Below are positions 27,552 through 37,812 of a DNA stretch of 64,000 nucleotides, one piece after another. This stretch comes from Candidatus Omnitrophota bacterium (lineage in GTDB: Bacteria; Omnitrophota; Gorgyraeia; 2-01-FULL-45-10), in assembly GCA_026387175.1 (NCBI GenBank), contig JAPLME010000007.1, positions 128,487 to 192,486 of the forward strand. Reading direction: 5' to 3'. Position 1 is the first letter of the stretch, and each line of letters starts with the position of its first letter. Made by a program: the position numbers and the translations under genes. The notes under the pieces are model-generated. The model saw only the letters and a list, made by a program, of their open reading frames with translations. It did no database searches and had not been told where the DNA came from.

Positions 27552-28121
27552 TTATTTAAAGAGCTCGTTTTCGATCAGATCGCAAAGTATATGGATTATG
27601 GTGATGTGTGATTCCTGCACCCTGGGAGTGTCCTTAGCAGCCACGATTATAGAGATATCGCAAGCTTTGCCCAGCCTGCCGCCGTCGCCGCCGGACAAAC
27701 CTATTGTGCCCATATCCAGGGATTTGGCTTCCTTGATGGCATTTAGCACGTTTTGGGAATTACCGCTCGTAGATATCCCTATCGCTACATCGCCCTTCCT
27801 GCTGAGAGCCGTTATCTGCCTGGAGAAGATAGTATCATATCCATAATCATTTCCTATAGCCGTCAGGATCGATGTATTAGCGGTCAGCGCTATGGCCGCA
27901 AGCGCGCGGCGCTCTTTCTTGAAACGTCCGACAAGCTCGGCTGCCATATGCTGGCTGTCTGCGGCGCTGCCTCCGTTTCCGAAAATGAGCACCTTCCCGC
28001 CCAGACGAAGCGACTTTATTATAGCCCTGGCGGCCTTCTCTATATTCGCTACTTCGCCCTTAAGGAGACCCTCTTTTGTCCGTATACTGTCTTTGATAGA
28101 TTCTTCTATTATATTTTTCAT
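27552..28121 (-). CDS. gmhA: Phosphoheptose isomerase (SIS domain)
   Basis: Motif GNGGSAADSQHMAAEL. Confidence 0.85.
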   Translation of the reverse strand: MKNIIEESIKDSIRTKEGLLKGEVANIEKAARAIIKSLRLGGKVLIFGNGGSAADSQHMAAELVGRFKKERRALAAIALTANTSILTAIGNDYGYDTIFSRQITALSRKGDVAIGISTSGNSQNVLNAIKEAKSLDMGTIGLSGGDGGRLGKACDISIIVAAKDTPRVQESHITIIHILCDLIENELFK

Positions 28122-29152
28122 CCAAAGAACGTCCTGGCTATATCATATAATTTCACATCAACGGTTTTGAGCGTGCCGACAGCGTCCTGAATAGGAACTC
28201 CTGTTACATCGGTACCTCTTAGACTGGCCATGTAACCGAACTTTCCGGCAAGGACCAGGTCCATCGCCGTTACGCCGAAACGCGTGGCAAGAAATCTGTC
28301 AAAAGCGCTCGGGGTCCCGCCTCTCTGAATATGGCCGAGGACCGTGGTCCTCGTCTCTATCCCGGTCCTCTTTTCTATCTCTCCTGCCAGCGTCTCTCCG
28401 ATGCCGCCCAGCCTTACATGGCCGAACGAGTCGAGCTCCTGCTCTTTCAGCACTGTCTGTCCGGCTTTGAACTGCGCGCCCTCCGCCGTAACCACTATGG
28501 AAAATTCATGGCCCGCCGCTTTTCTCTTCTTTAATATCGACGAGACCTCATCAAGGTCTATCGCGATCTCAGGGATCAATACGATATTCGCTCCCGACGC
28601 GATCCCTGAATGGAGCGCCAGCCATCCCGCATGGCGGCCCATCACCTCGACTACCATTACGCGGTGGTGGCTCTCCGCGGTGGTGCGCAGCCTGTCGATG
28701 GCTTCAGTAGCGATATTTACGGCCGTATCAAAGCCGAACGTATAATCTGTCGCGTTAAGATCGTTATCGATGGTCTTAGGACATCCCACTACATTGATGC
28801 CCTTATTTTCCTTGTTAAGCTTATTGGCGACTCCGAGGGTATCCTCGCCGCCTATAGCGATAAGAGCGTCGAGCCTGAGCGCCTTATAATTATCAATAAC
28901 ATTCTTAACGTCATCCGGTTTCTTATAAGGATTAGTCCTGGACGTGCCTAGAATGGTCCCGCCTCTATACAATATCTCGGAAACGGAATTAAGGTCGAGA
29001 TCTACCGTATCGATCCGGACAAGGCCTTTCCATCCGTTCTTGATACCGACTACTTTTATATTGTTCTGGGATGCTTTTACGACAACCGCCCTTATCACAG
29101 CGTTCAAGCCGGGGCAATCTCCGCCACCTGTTAATACGCCAACCATCTTCAT
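28118..29152 (-). CDS. pfkA: 6-phosphofructokinase
   Basis: Motif GGDCPGLNAVIRAV. PFK fold throughout. Confidence 0.85.
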   Translation of the reverse strand: MKMVGVLTGGGDCPGLNAVIRAVVVKASQNNIKVVGIKNGWKGLVRIDTVDLDLNSVSEILYRGGTILGTSRTNPYKKPDDVKNVIDNYKALRLDALIAIGGEDTLGVANKLNKENKGINVVGCPKTIDNDLNATDYTFGFDTAVNIATEAIDRLRTTAESHHRVMVVEVMGRHAGWLALHSGIASGANIVLIPEIAIDLDEVSSILKKRKAAGHEFSIVVTAEGAQFKAGQTVLKEQELDSFGHVRLGGIGETLAGEIEKRTGIETRTTVLGHIQRGGTPSAFDRFLATRFGVTAMDLVLAGKFGYMASLRGTDVTGVPIQDAVGTLKTVDVKLYDIARTFFG

Positions 29153-29174
29153 CTCTTCCTCCTTGACAATTTTA

Positions 29175-29777
29175 TTAATACTCTATGTTGCCTCTGAACT
29201 GCGGGGCTTGAAGCTTATCGTCTTTTTTAAAGCTCTTTGCCGTCTCTTCCTTGTGGGCGATCTTGACCACATGGACCTTGATAGTGATAGGCTCTTCCAC
29301 ACCCAGCATATCCTGCACCCTCGCCTTTACCAGATTCTGTATCTTCTCGGTGGTCTCCGGTATGCTGATGTCCGAAAAGAGCGTAACTCTGTTTATTATC
29401 GTTATACCCTTCTTGGTAGCCCTTACGTTCGGCCTCAATTCTTTGACCTCGGGCAGCTGCTTCAGGGCTCTCTTTATAAAATCCTCTATCGCGCTCAGGC
29501 TTATGGTCACCTGCCCGTCGGGGTTTTCAAAGGCTATAGTCTTTTCCCTGGTCAGTTTTCCCATAGCTATCTGCATGACCAGTATGCTTATGAAGATCAG
29601 GAGCGCCCCGGTGATACCTAGGCAAAGACGCGCGTTCGGGGTGGTATAGATCGTGTTTAACGTGGTCACTATCGATTCCTGCGTGACCAGGTTCATGGCT
29701 ATTACTATAAAGAACCCCCCGACCAGTAAAAATACAAATGTGTAGAAGAATAAGGTCAATCCGCCAAGAAATCTCAT
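29175..29777 (-). CDS. AmaP-like alkaline-shock-protein membrane anchor
   Basis: Two N-terminal TM helices. Directly downstream of the Asp23 gene, overlapping it by 4 nt. Confidence 0.5.
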   Translation of the reverse strand: MRFLGGLTLFFYTFVFLLVGGFFIVIAMNLVTQESIVTTLNTIYTTPNARLCLGITGALLIFISILVMQIAMGKLTREKTIAFENPDGQVTISLSAIEDFIKRALKQLPEVKELRPNVRATKKGITIINRVTLFSDISIPETTEKIQNLVKARVQDMLGVEEPITIKVHVVKIAHKEETAKSFKKDDKLQAPQFRGNIEY

Positions 29778-30178
29778 ATTGAGCTTCCCCTCCTCTTTTC
29801 TTTATCCTGCGAAGAAGGCGTATGCACACCATCGACAACAACATCCACCTCCGACATGATGAGCCCTGTCATCCTCTCCACGGCATGCTTAACGCTGTTC
29901 TGAACTTCATCCGCGACCCTCGGTATATCCACGCCATATTCGACCACTATCGAAACGATAAGTTTTATCTCGCTTTCTTTCAAGCTTATCTTCACACCGC
30001 CGGATGTGTCTCCCCGAAAAAATACCTGATGCAGCGCTTTCTTTATCCCGCCGCCCATCTTATGGACTCCTTTGACCTCCATCGCGGCGATGGACGCTAT
30101 AGTCGTAATGGCTTCGTTATTTATCCTTACCACGCCAAGATCCGTAGCCCTATCCCTGTGCGTTATGCCGTTCGTCAT
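29774..30178 (-). CDS. Asp23/Gls24 family envelope stress protein
   Basis: DUF322-type N-terminus: GVVRINNEAITTIASIAAMEVKGV. Confidence 0.75.
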   Translation of the reverse strand: MTNGITHRDRATDLGVVRINNEAITTIASIAAMEVKGVHKMGGGIKKALHQVFFRGDTSGGVKISLKESEIKLIVSIVVEYGVDIPRVADEVQNSVKHAVERMTGLIMSEVDVVVDGVHTPSSQDKEKRRGSSI

Positions 30179-30291
30179 TACTTTAGCCTTTCAGTGGAGC
30201 CCCCTCGGACTAACGTCCGGGGCTCCCTCCTCTTTTAAGAATCAATCCCGTTCGGCCCCGGGCTAAAGCCTGGGGATTTCCAAGCGGGGGA

Positions 30292-31644
30292 TTAAACCTG
30301 CGTCTTATCGAAAAGTTTTTCAACAAAATCCGTAGAGAATTTACCTTTCAGGAACGCGGGGTTATTCATTACCTTTTTATGAAAAGATATGGTCGTCTTT
30401 ATCGGCTCTATAGTGAATTCATCCAGGGCCCTCTTACATATACTGACGGCCTCTTGCCTGTTTTTGCCATGGACTATGAGCTTGCCTATCATAGAATCGT
30501 AATAGGGAGATATCGTGTAACCCTGGTACGCGTGCGTGTCCACCCTGACGCCCCGTCCTCCGGGTACGTTGAAGGTGTCTATCTTCCCGGGGCACGGCAT
30601 AAAGTCATTATCAGGGTCCTCCGCGTTTATACGGCATTCTATGGCATGACCGTCAAACTTTATATCTTCCTGTTTATATGCGAGCCTCTCGCCGGCGGCT
30701 ATCTTCAGCTGTTCCTTCACAATATCTATGCCTGTGACCGCTTCGGTTACAGGATGCTCGACCTGGATTCTGGTGTTCATCTCCATGAAGTAGAAAGAAT
30801 TGTCCTCGTCCAGAAGGAATTCTATCGTCCCCGCGCTCACATATCCGATCGACCTGGCGCATTTTATCGCCGCCTCGCCCATCTTCTTGCGCAGTTTCTC
30901 GCTTAAAATAGGGGACGGAGATTCCTCGATCAGCTTCTGGTGCCTCCTCTGGATAGTGCAATCTCTTTCCCCCAGATGAATTATATGTCCGTGCGCGTCA
31001 CCGAGCATCTGGACCTCGATATGCCGCGGGCGCTCAATGAACTTTTCAATATAGACATCCGGATTACCGAACGCAGCCTCGGCTTCCCTCTGAGCCGTAA
31101 GAAAAGCGCTGATGAGCCTGACATCGTTGTGGCATATGCGCATTCCTTTTCCGCCGCCGCCCGCCGACGCTTTAATTATGACGGGGTATTTCATCTCTTT
31201 GGCGATCCTTATAGCTTCTTCTTTGGTCTTGACGCACGCTTTGGACCCCGGTATGGTCGGCACGCCCGCCTTCTTCGCCGAATCTTTGGCGGCCATCTTA
31301 TCTCCCATCCGCCTCATATTCTCCGGTGTTGGCCCTATAAACTTTATCTTGCACGATTCGCATATCTCGGCAAAATGGGCGTCCTCCGCTAGAAAACCAT
31401 AACCGGGATGTATGGCCTCGACGTCTGTTATCTCCGCCGCGCTGATAATGCCGGGTATATTCAAATAACTATTGGCGCTTGCCGCGGACCCGATGCATAT
31501 AGCCTCATCCGCATATTTCACATGCAGGCTGTTTATATCAGGCTGCGAGTATACGGCGACTGTGCTTATGCCGAGTTCCTTCGCGGCCCTTATTATCCTT
31601 AAAGCCACCTCGCCTCTATTCGCTATCAATATTTTAGAGAACAT
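30292..31644 (-). CDS. accC: Acetyl-CoA carboxylase biotin carboxylase subunit
   Basis: Full-length biotin carboxylase (ATP-grasp). Start [17 protein letters not shown]. Confidence 0.95.
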   Translation of the reverse strand: MFSKILIANRGEVALRIIRAAKELGISTVAVYSQPDINSLHVKYADEAICIGSAASANSYLNIPGIISAAEITDVEAIHPGYGFLAEDAHFAEICESCKIKFIGPTPENMRRMGDKMAAKDSAKKAGVPTIPGSKACVKTKEEAIRIAKEMKYPVIIKASAGGGGKGMRICHNDVRLISAFLTAQREAEAAFGNPDVYIEKFIERPRHIEVQMLGDAHGHIIHLGERDCTIQRRHQKLIEESPSPILSEKLRKKMGEAAIKCARSIGYVSAGTIEFLLDEDNSFYFMEMNTRIQVEHPVTEAVTGIDIVKEQLKIAAGERLAYKQEDIKFDGHAIECRINAEDPDNDFMPCPGKIDTFNVPGGRGVRVDTHAYQGYTISPYYDSMIGKLIVHGKNRQEAVSICKRALDEFTIEPIKTTISFHKKVMNNPAFLKGKFSTDFVEKLFDKTQV

Positions 31645-31651
31645 GCTGCTC

Positions 31652-32104
31652 CTATACCGGTTCTATTACGAACAGGACCTGGCCGAATTCGACAGGTTCA
31701 GCGTTATCGACCTGTATGTCAACTATCTTGCCTTTAACTTCGGATTTTATCTCGTTCATCAGCTTCATGGCCTCAATTATACATATCACCTGTCCGGGAG
31801 ATACGGTATCTCCCATATTAACATACGGCGGAGATTCAGGGGATGCCGCGCGGTAAAATGTTCCTACCATAGGAGATTTGATGTCCAGGGTATTCTTCTT
31901 CTCTTCCGCCTTGCCGGTCTCTGCGGCAGATTTTTCGCTCTGAACGGTGTTTTGAGGAACGGCAGGGACAAACTCGACAGCCCTCTCTATCCCGCCCGAA
32001 CCCTTCCTTAGCTTGATCCGCACGCCTTCCTTCTCGATCTCAAGCTCGGTCAGGTTATTTTCATTCATCAGGTTGATCATGTCTTTTATTTCTTTAATAT
32101 ACAT
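31652..32104 (-). CDS. accB: Acetyl-CoA carboxylase biotin carboxyl carrier protein
   Basis: Biotinyl-lysine motif EAMKLMNEI. Confidence 0.85.
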   Translation of the reverse strand: MYIKEIKDMINLMNENNLTELEIEKEGVRIKLRKGSGGIERAVEFVPAVPQNTVQSEKSAAETGKAEEKKNTLDIKSPMVGTFYRAASPESPPYVNMGDTVSPGQVICIIEAMKLMNEIKSEVKGKIVDIQVDNAEPVEFGQVLFVIEPV

Positions 32105-32145
32105 ATCTTTCTCCTGTTTGAGCCCATCCCTAATTAAAAAACAGG

Positions 32146-33204
32146 CTACCTTGTAAGAACTTCACATCCTTTATTCGTCACAAGAACCATATCCTCTATC
32201 CTGACCCCTCCAAACCCCGGTATATATATTGCCGGCTCGACCGTGAATACCATTCCCGGGGCAATCAAGCCTTCGCCGATGCTTGAGATGGTGGGCTTTT
32301 CATGAACGCTCAAGCCTATGCCATGTCCGAGCGAGTGCCCGAAGTATTTGCCGAATCCTTCGCCTTTTATATGATCGCGTCCCGCGGCGTCTATATCACG
32401 TATTTTGACGCCGGGGCGTATCATTTCGATAGCCTTATCCTGAGCTGTCTTCACGATAGCATACATCTTTTTAAATTTGTCTTTAACACGGCCAAGGGTG
32501 ATCATCCTGGTAAGGTCCGAGCAGTAGCCGTTAAGTTTAGCGCCGATATCGACCATGACAAAACTGTTATTTTTTATGCTTACGCAGTCAGGTACCGCAT
32601 GAGGTTTTGACGCGTTCTCACCTGAAGCTATTATGGGCTCAAAAGCCGATCTGGCGCCCTCATTTATAAATGTCGATTCCACTATCACGGCAAGCGCTTT
32701 CTCCGATATGCCCGGCTTTACCCGGTCAGCTACAACATCGAAAACTTTTTTGTTAAGAGAGACCGATTCTCTTATCAAGGCTATCTCGTCGGAATCTTTT
32801 ATTGATCTTATGCTCTCGACCATATCTTTACAAGGAGCAAGCTTCGCGTTTTTTATAAGTTTATACAGCCTTACAGCCACACCATACGGAAGATCCATAG
32901 CTTCGAAGCCGATCTTTTTCAAGCGATGCTTCTTAACGATATCCGATACCGTATCGTAGGTGGATATCTCCACCAATTTTACCTGAAACCCGTCTAACGT
33001 CTTTTCAGCCTCTTCGATATAGCGGGAATCCGTTATGAAGAAATTCTTATCTGGCGTTATCAGAACCATGGAATCGTGCCCGGGAAATCCGCTCATATAA
33101 GTAACGTTGGCCTGGTTTGTTATAAGTATTGAGTCAAGAGCGTTTACTTTCAGTCCATTTTTTAAAAGAGCAAGCCTTCTTTGGTAATTTAATTTCGTTA
33201 TCAC
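32146..33204 (-). CDS. Xaa-Pro aminopeptidase (M24 family)
   Basis: M24 metal ligands ([13 protein letters not shown]). Creatinase-like N-terminal domain. Confidence 0.8.
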   Translation of the reverse strand: MITKLNYQRRLALLKNGLKVNALDSILITNQANVTYMSGFPGHDSMVLITPDKNFFITDSRYIEEAEKTLDGFQVKLVEISTYDTVSDIVKKHRLKKIGFEAMDLPYGVAVRLYKLIKNAKLAPCKDMVESIRSIKDSDEIALIRESVSLNKKVFDVVADRVKPGISEKALAVIVESTFINEGARSAFEPIIASGENASKPHAVPDCVSIKNNSFVMVDIGAKLNGYCSDLTRMITLGRVKDKFKKMYAIVKTAQDKAIEMIRPGVKIRDIDAAGRDHIKGEGFGKYFGHSLGHGIGLSVHEKPTISSIGEGLIAPGMVFTVEPAIYIPGFGGVRIEDMVLVTNKGCEVLTR

Positions 33205-33638
33205 TTATCCAAAAGTCCTATAGCAGCTTCTAGACCAAGGATATAGCTCATCTTGCCGAAACCGGATATCTGGCCGTCGGCCACCGGAGCTATCAACGAT
33301 ATGTGACGGAATTCCTCTCTTTTATATATATTCGAAAGATGAACTTCGACGGTGGGCAGCTTTACGGCGCTTATAGCGTCCCTTATGGCGACGCTGGTAT
33401 GTGTATATGCGGCCGGGTTTATAAGGATGGCGTCGAACTTTCCACCGGCTGAGCCTATCGCTTCCACGATCTCGCCCTCATGATTCGACTGCACTATATC
33501 GAGGCTCACCTTCATGGCCTTCGCCGTCTTTTCCAGTTCGGCGTTTATCTCATCTATGGTCACGCTGCCGTATACATCGACTTCGCGCTTACCCAGCAAA
33601 TTCAAATTCGGGCCGTGAATCACAAGTATCTTCTTCAT
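33201..33638 (-). CDS. aroQ: 3-dehydroquinate dehydratase, type II
   Basis: Motif [12 protein letters not shown]. Confidence 0.9.
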   Translation of the reverse strand: MKKILVIHGPNLNLLGKREVDVYGSVTIDEINAELEKTAKAMKVSLDIVQSNHEGEIVEAIGSAGGKFDAILINPAAYTHTSVAIRDAISAVKLPTVEVHLSNIYKREEFRHISLIAPVADGQISGFGKMSYILGLEAAIGLLDK

Positions 33639-33820
33639 CGCTTGCCACCTTCTTTCGCTCCGGATGGAAGTTCGGCCTCATCTATCAGCATTATAGGTAT
33701 ATCGTCTTTGACCGGATAGCGCCGCCCGCACTTTACGCAAACTATCCTTTCGCCTTCGAGTCTTACATCCGCTTTGCATGCCGGACATGCCAAAATATCC
33801 AGGAGCTCTTTATCGATCAT
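33635..33820 (-). CDS. Trm112/YcaR-like small zinc-ribbon protein
   Basis: [10 protein letters not shown]...[18 protein letters not shown]. Confidence 0.6.
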   Translation of the reverse strand: MIDKELLDILACPACKADVRLEGERIVCVKCGRRYPVKDDIPIMLIDEAELPSGAKEGGKR

Positions 33821-34809
33821 AAGTTCTCCCCCTCCTTCTTGATCTCCTTAAGTTTCATCTTAAATTGAGGACTTAAGGCGTAGATGACCCCGCCTATGAC
33901 GCTTGTTATTAAGAGCAGCATTATCATGAGAATGCCTATCGCCAGAGCATTCTCCTTGCCTGTCAGGGGCCCGAATAATACGACCATGGACCCCTCCCGC
34001 ACTCCGAGGCCATTTATTGACGGCAAGAGACTCATCATACTAACTATCGGCATCTTCAGCAAAAGGTCGATTGCGGGGATCTTTGACCCTATGCTTACGG
34101 CGAGGATGCCGTAACAGACAAAATAGAAGAGCTGGCTGACCACCGATATGCAGAGCGTGGCTATCATTAAACTTATTCGATGGCGATATTTATTAGTCGA
34201 CTCATAGAGATTTCTCAATTGCGCTTCTATGGGTTTTACCAGAACGATTAATTTGGAAAATTTCCTCGCGAACTTTTTATTGGCAAGAAAGATTATCCCT
34301 ATGATGGAGATAGCGGTTATAGCGTAGATAGTGATGGCTACGCCTCTATCCACTATGTTGGCCCCTGCCAGTATCAATGCGGCGAAAGCCATAAATATCA
34401 TTGTGACCAGCCCTACCGCTCTATCGACAAATACCGATGTATATGAGCCGGCAGTATCCCGGCTATGTTTTGAAAGGTAGTGGGCTTTTACTACATCTCC
34501 TCCGATGGATGTCGGAAGGAAGTTATTGAAAAAGTAGCCTATTAAGGTGAGTGACAAGGCCTCCCGGAACCTCAAGCTTATGTCCTGGGCCTCGATTATG
34601 AGCTTCAGCCTGAAACTGGCTATTATAGAGGCGAGCATAAACGCCGCGAACGCCAAGGCGAAGATATACATATTGGTATTCTTCAGCGCCTCCACTATAT
34701 CGCCATACTTACCCCTCATAATATAAAGTAATATTATTATGAGCAATAAGCTGACGGCTGTTCTTAAGAAAGGGCCTATCTTCTTTTTCATGGGTAGATA
34801 GTTTAACAC
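33817..34809 (-). CDS. Lysylphosphatidylglycerol synthase TM region / flippase-like membrane protein (UPF0104)
   Basis: About 8 TM helices. Family-typical loop GGDVVKA. Confidence 0.55.
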   Translation of the reverse strand: MLNYLPMKKKIGPFLRTAVSLLLIIILLYIMRGKYGDIVEALKNTNMYIFALAFAAFMLASIIASFRLKLIIEAQDISLRFREALSLTLIGYFFNNFLPTSIGGDVVKAHYLSKHSRDTAGSYTSVFVDRAVGLVTMIFMAFAALILAGANIVDRGVAITIYAITAISIIGIIFLANKKFARKFSKLIVLVKPIEAQLRNLYESTNKYRHRISLMIATLCISVVSQLFYFVCYGILAVSIGSKIPAIDLLLKMPIVSMMSLLPSINGLGVREGSMVVLFGPLTGKENALAIGILMIMLLLITSVIGGVIYALSPQFKMKLKEIKKEGENL

Positions 34810-34833
34810 AAAGGTCTTGGGAGGTAAAGCAAT

Positions 34834-35766
34834 TTATAGCGGATTATTGTGCTCGAGGCCGGAGATATGCTGCTCGAGTTTCGTGATCGCGCCGTGGGCT
34901 TCATTATTGTGTTTCGAGTGTGCGTTCTCTATGTGGGTTATTATTATATTGTAGATGGCCTTAAAGCGTTCGTAATCATTACGCAGCGCGGTAACCTTGG
35001 ATAATATCTCCTTGGCGCTCTCTTCTATCTTCAATGCTTTCATTCCCTGCAATATAGTCATAAGGTAAGGGTATATTGTCTGCGGAGACGTGGGATAGAC
35101 CTTCTTCTTAAGGGCATAATCAATCAGGATATTATCTTCCCCGAACTGTTTATTCTTTACGAAGGCCTCGTAATAAACGCCTTCCGAAGCTATATACATC
35201 AGCGCAAAATCTGTCGTCCTTTCGCCCGGCAGTATATATTTTGCCGTCTCGTCTATCCTCTTTTTAACCGCGCTTGAGAAAGCTTTCCAGTGGGCTCGTT
35301 TCTGCGCTTCATCGTGCGCGGACAGCATCTTATTGAAATCTTCCAGCGAAAGTTTCGAATCGATGGGCACGATATATTCTTTGAATTTAATTGCAAAATC
35401 GACCGTTCCCGAACTCAGGCGCAGTTGAGTCTCAAACATATCGGCCGGCAATACATCATGAAGCGCTTTCTCCAGAAGCCTTTCGCCTATCGCCCCGGCG
35501 CCCTTCGGCATTATAAACATATTGCGGAGGCCCGTCACCTCGTTCATCACGTCGTTGATCTGCTGGGCTTTTTGATTAAGGCTTCCGATGCGCTCATTAA
35601 GGCTTTCAATAGTGTTGGAGGCCTGCTTACGCATTTCGTCCGAAACCGGCAGTTTTTCGGACAGGTACCGCACATCAACGGAGATGTCTCTTATCCGGAT
35701 TATCAGATAAAATATCGCGAAAGCCAATACCCCAAGCGCAATGAAGAGCAGCGCATTTAAAAGCAT
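34834..35766 (-). CDS. RmuC-like protein (DNA recombination family)
   Basis: N-terminal TM, coiled coil. C-terminal FALMYIASEGVYYEAF resembles the RmuC core. Confidence 0.45.
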   Translation of the reverse strand: MLLNALLFIALGVLAFAIFYLIIRIRDISVDVRYLSEKLPVSDEMRKQASNTIESLNERIGSLNQKAQQINDVMNEVTGLRNMFIMPKGAGAIGERLLEKALHDVLPADMFETQLRLSSGTVDFAIKFKEYIVPIDSKLSLEDFNKMLSAHDEAQKRAHWKAFSSAVKKRIDETAKYILPGERTTDFALMYIASEGVYYEAFVKNKQFGEDNILIDYALKKKVYPTSPQTIYPYLMTILQGMKALKIEESAKEILSKVTALRNDYERFKAIYNIIITHIENAHSKHNNEAHGAITKLEQHISGLEHNNPL

Positions 35767-35770
35767 CTTG

Positions 35771-36133
35771 CTATTTACCCGCTTTCTGGACGAACCTCAT
35801 CCGAAGATCATACAGTACAGCCTCTAGAGAATCCGCCTCTTCTTTAGCCAGATTATTCTTTGTCTTATCCTTTAACATCGTAAGGGTTTCAATGATAAAT
35901 TTCGCGTGGAGGGCGTTTAACTCTTTCTTTTTAGTGACAGGATGCTCTAGGTCGCCGAGGGCTATCAGCGCTTCCATGAGAAGCCCGGAAATAAATAGTC
36001 CAAATGTCACTTCGGGCATCTCCGGGGTCTTCGAGGCTTTTTCCTCGGAAGGCGCAGCCCTATCTTTCGAAACGGCTTCTTTCCATGACTCATCTACTTT
36101 CTTCTTCAGCTCTTCCTTCTTCTCTTCACCCAT
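35771..36133 (-). CDS. DUF1844-like protein
   Basis: Acidic N-terminus followed by FGLFISGLLMEALIALG motif. Confidence 0.45.
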   Translation of the reverse strand: MGEEKKEELKKKVDESWKEAVSKDRAAPSEEKASKTPEMPEVTFGLFISGLLMEALIALGDLEHPVTKKKELNALHAKFIIETLTMLKDKTKNNLAKEEADSLEAVLYDLRMRFVQKAGK

Positions 36134-36135
36134 TT

Positions 36136-36927
36136 TTATACCCTCAGGTCTCTCTTTATCTGTTCTATTCCCGCTTCCGCGGCCTCAGCACCTTTTGCTA
36201 TTATCTCGCGTGACTTGTCGAACGCTGCCTGGTCTATATCCGTAAGATAAACTTTTATTACAGAGTCCGCATCGCGGGATTGATACTGGTTCAACTCTTC
36301 ACCCATTATCTGGAATGACTGGACTATCATCTGGAATATATTATCGATCTTGCCCCTCCTTACGCAGAAGCCCACATCCACCGCTATCACATAATCAGCG
36401 CCCAGATCCCTGGCGATCTTGGTCGGCACGCTATGTTTAATACCGCCGTCCGAAAGAAGCCTTCCGTCAATTCTCACAGGATTGAATATGCCGGGCCATG
36501 AACAGCTGGCGCGCACGACCTTTATCAGATTGCCTTTCTGGAAGACCACCTCTTCTCCCGTCTCGATATCGTTAGTCACCACCGCAAGCGGTATCTTACA
36601 GTCTTCGAATTGCTTACTGTCTATCAGGTGCTTGATCGTGGCCTCCAGTTTCACGCCTGCAAGAAGCCCCATCGAAGGCATTGTGGGGTCAAGTATTTTT
36701 TTCATCGTAAACTTGTATGCGCGTTCTTCCATCTGGGATATGGGGACACCTACAGAGTAAGCGGCTCCGATCATGGCCCCCATGCTGGTGCCGACAATAC
36801 TATCGATCGGTATTTTCTCCCTTTCGAGTATCTTCAGGACTCCTATGTGCGCTAAACCTCTCGCGGATCCTCCTCCCAAAACGAGCGCCACCTTTCTCCG
36901 CTTTTTATTATTAAGAAAATCGAACAT
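36136..36927 (-). CDS. Patatin-like phospholipase
   Basis: Oxyanion motif GGGSARG, nucleophile GTSMG, DGG motif. Confidence 0.8.
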   Translation of the reverse strand: MFDFLNNKKRRKVALVLGGGSARGLAHIGVLKILEREKIPIDSIVGTSMGAMIGAAYSVGVPISQMEERAYKFTMKKILDPTMPSMGLLAGVKLEATIKHLIDSKQFEDCKIPLAVVTNDIETGEEVVFQKGNLIKVVRASCSWPGIFNPVRIDGRLLSDGGIKHSVPTKIARDLGADYVIAVDVGFCVRRGKIDNIFQMIVQSFQIMGEELNQYQSRDADSVIKVYLTDIDQAAFDKSREIIAKGAEAAEAGIEQIKRDLRV

Positions 36928-36935
36928 GTAGCCTT

Positions 36936-36991
36936 CTCCTAGTTTATTCAGCCGTATTGCAGGCTAAGTGCCGATATCCCTGATATCGGCC
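36936..36991 (-). repeat. Repeated leader element, copy 3 (hairpin 36970-36990)
   Basis: Same consensus. AGGAG lies 8 nt upstream of the patatin gene ATG. Confidence 0.85.
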
Positions 36992-37800
36992 TAACTTATT
37001 ATTATTCCGGCATAGCCGACCACGGACAGATAATCCCCCGATGTATCGCCGCTGGTCTGATACTTTACCAGCTTTGCATGTTTTGCGCCAAGCTCCTTCG
37101 CCGCTGTTATCATAATGGCCGCAGGCGCGTAGCCGCACATAGTTATGTCGAGCTCCAATACCTTTTTAACAAGCTTTGTTTCGTCCAGCTCCAGCATAGC
37201 ATCGATCGCGATCGAATCTTTCTTTTTAACGCTTTCATGCGATTCATAATGAGTCATGTCGCTCGACGCTATTATCGTGACCTCTTTTTCAAGTTTCATG
37301 GTTTTGATGGCGCCGGCTATCGCTTCCCCGATTTTTTTATATATACTCATGTCCGCGTACGATACCACGATTGGCACGATCTTAAAATCTTTTTGCAGGA
37401 CCTGTAAAAACGGGAGCTGCACTTCTATGGAATGCTCATGCTGATGCGACAGGCTGTCGTTCTTTATGTATGCGCAGTTTTCCATTATCGCGCCCGCAAG
37501 AACCCTGTCTATCCCGATATTGCCCAGAGGTGTTTTCCAGGAATCGTTCTTATCCAGCCCAAAGGCCTCGCCTAAACCCGTATGATTCGGCCCTAGTATT
37601 ACGTATCTTTTCTTCGGTTTCATAGCCGAGAATACGCTTCCCGCCACAGAACCGGAATATATATACCCCGCATGCGGTGAAATGGCGCCAATGGCGTCTT
37701 CTTTCTTCGCGTTCGGATCGACCAGTTCACAGACCGCGCGCCTTAATGCCTCTCTGGATCCAGGATAGAACTGACCCGCGACAACCGTTTCTCTGACCAT
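36991..37800 (-). CDS. AmmeMemoRadiSam system protein B (Memo1-like)
   Basis: VAGQFYPGS...SPHAGYIYSG...GPNH. Confidence 0.75.
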   Translation of the reverse strand: MVRETVVAGQFYPGSREALRRAVCELVDPNAKKEDAIGAISPHAGYIYSGSVAGSVFSAMKPKKRYVILGPNHTGLGEAFGLDKNDSWKTPLGNIGIDRVLAGAIMENCAYIKNDSLSHQHEHSIEVQLPFLQVLQKDFKIVPIVVSYADMSIYKKIGEAIAGAIKTMKLEKEVTIIASSDMTHYESHESVKKKDSIAIDAMLELDETKLVKKVLELDITMCGYAPAAIMITAAKELGAKHAKLVKYQTSGDTSGDYLSVVGYAGIIIS

Positions 37801-37812
37801 ATTTTTGCCCCT

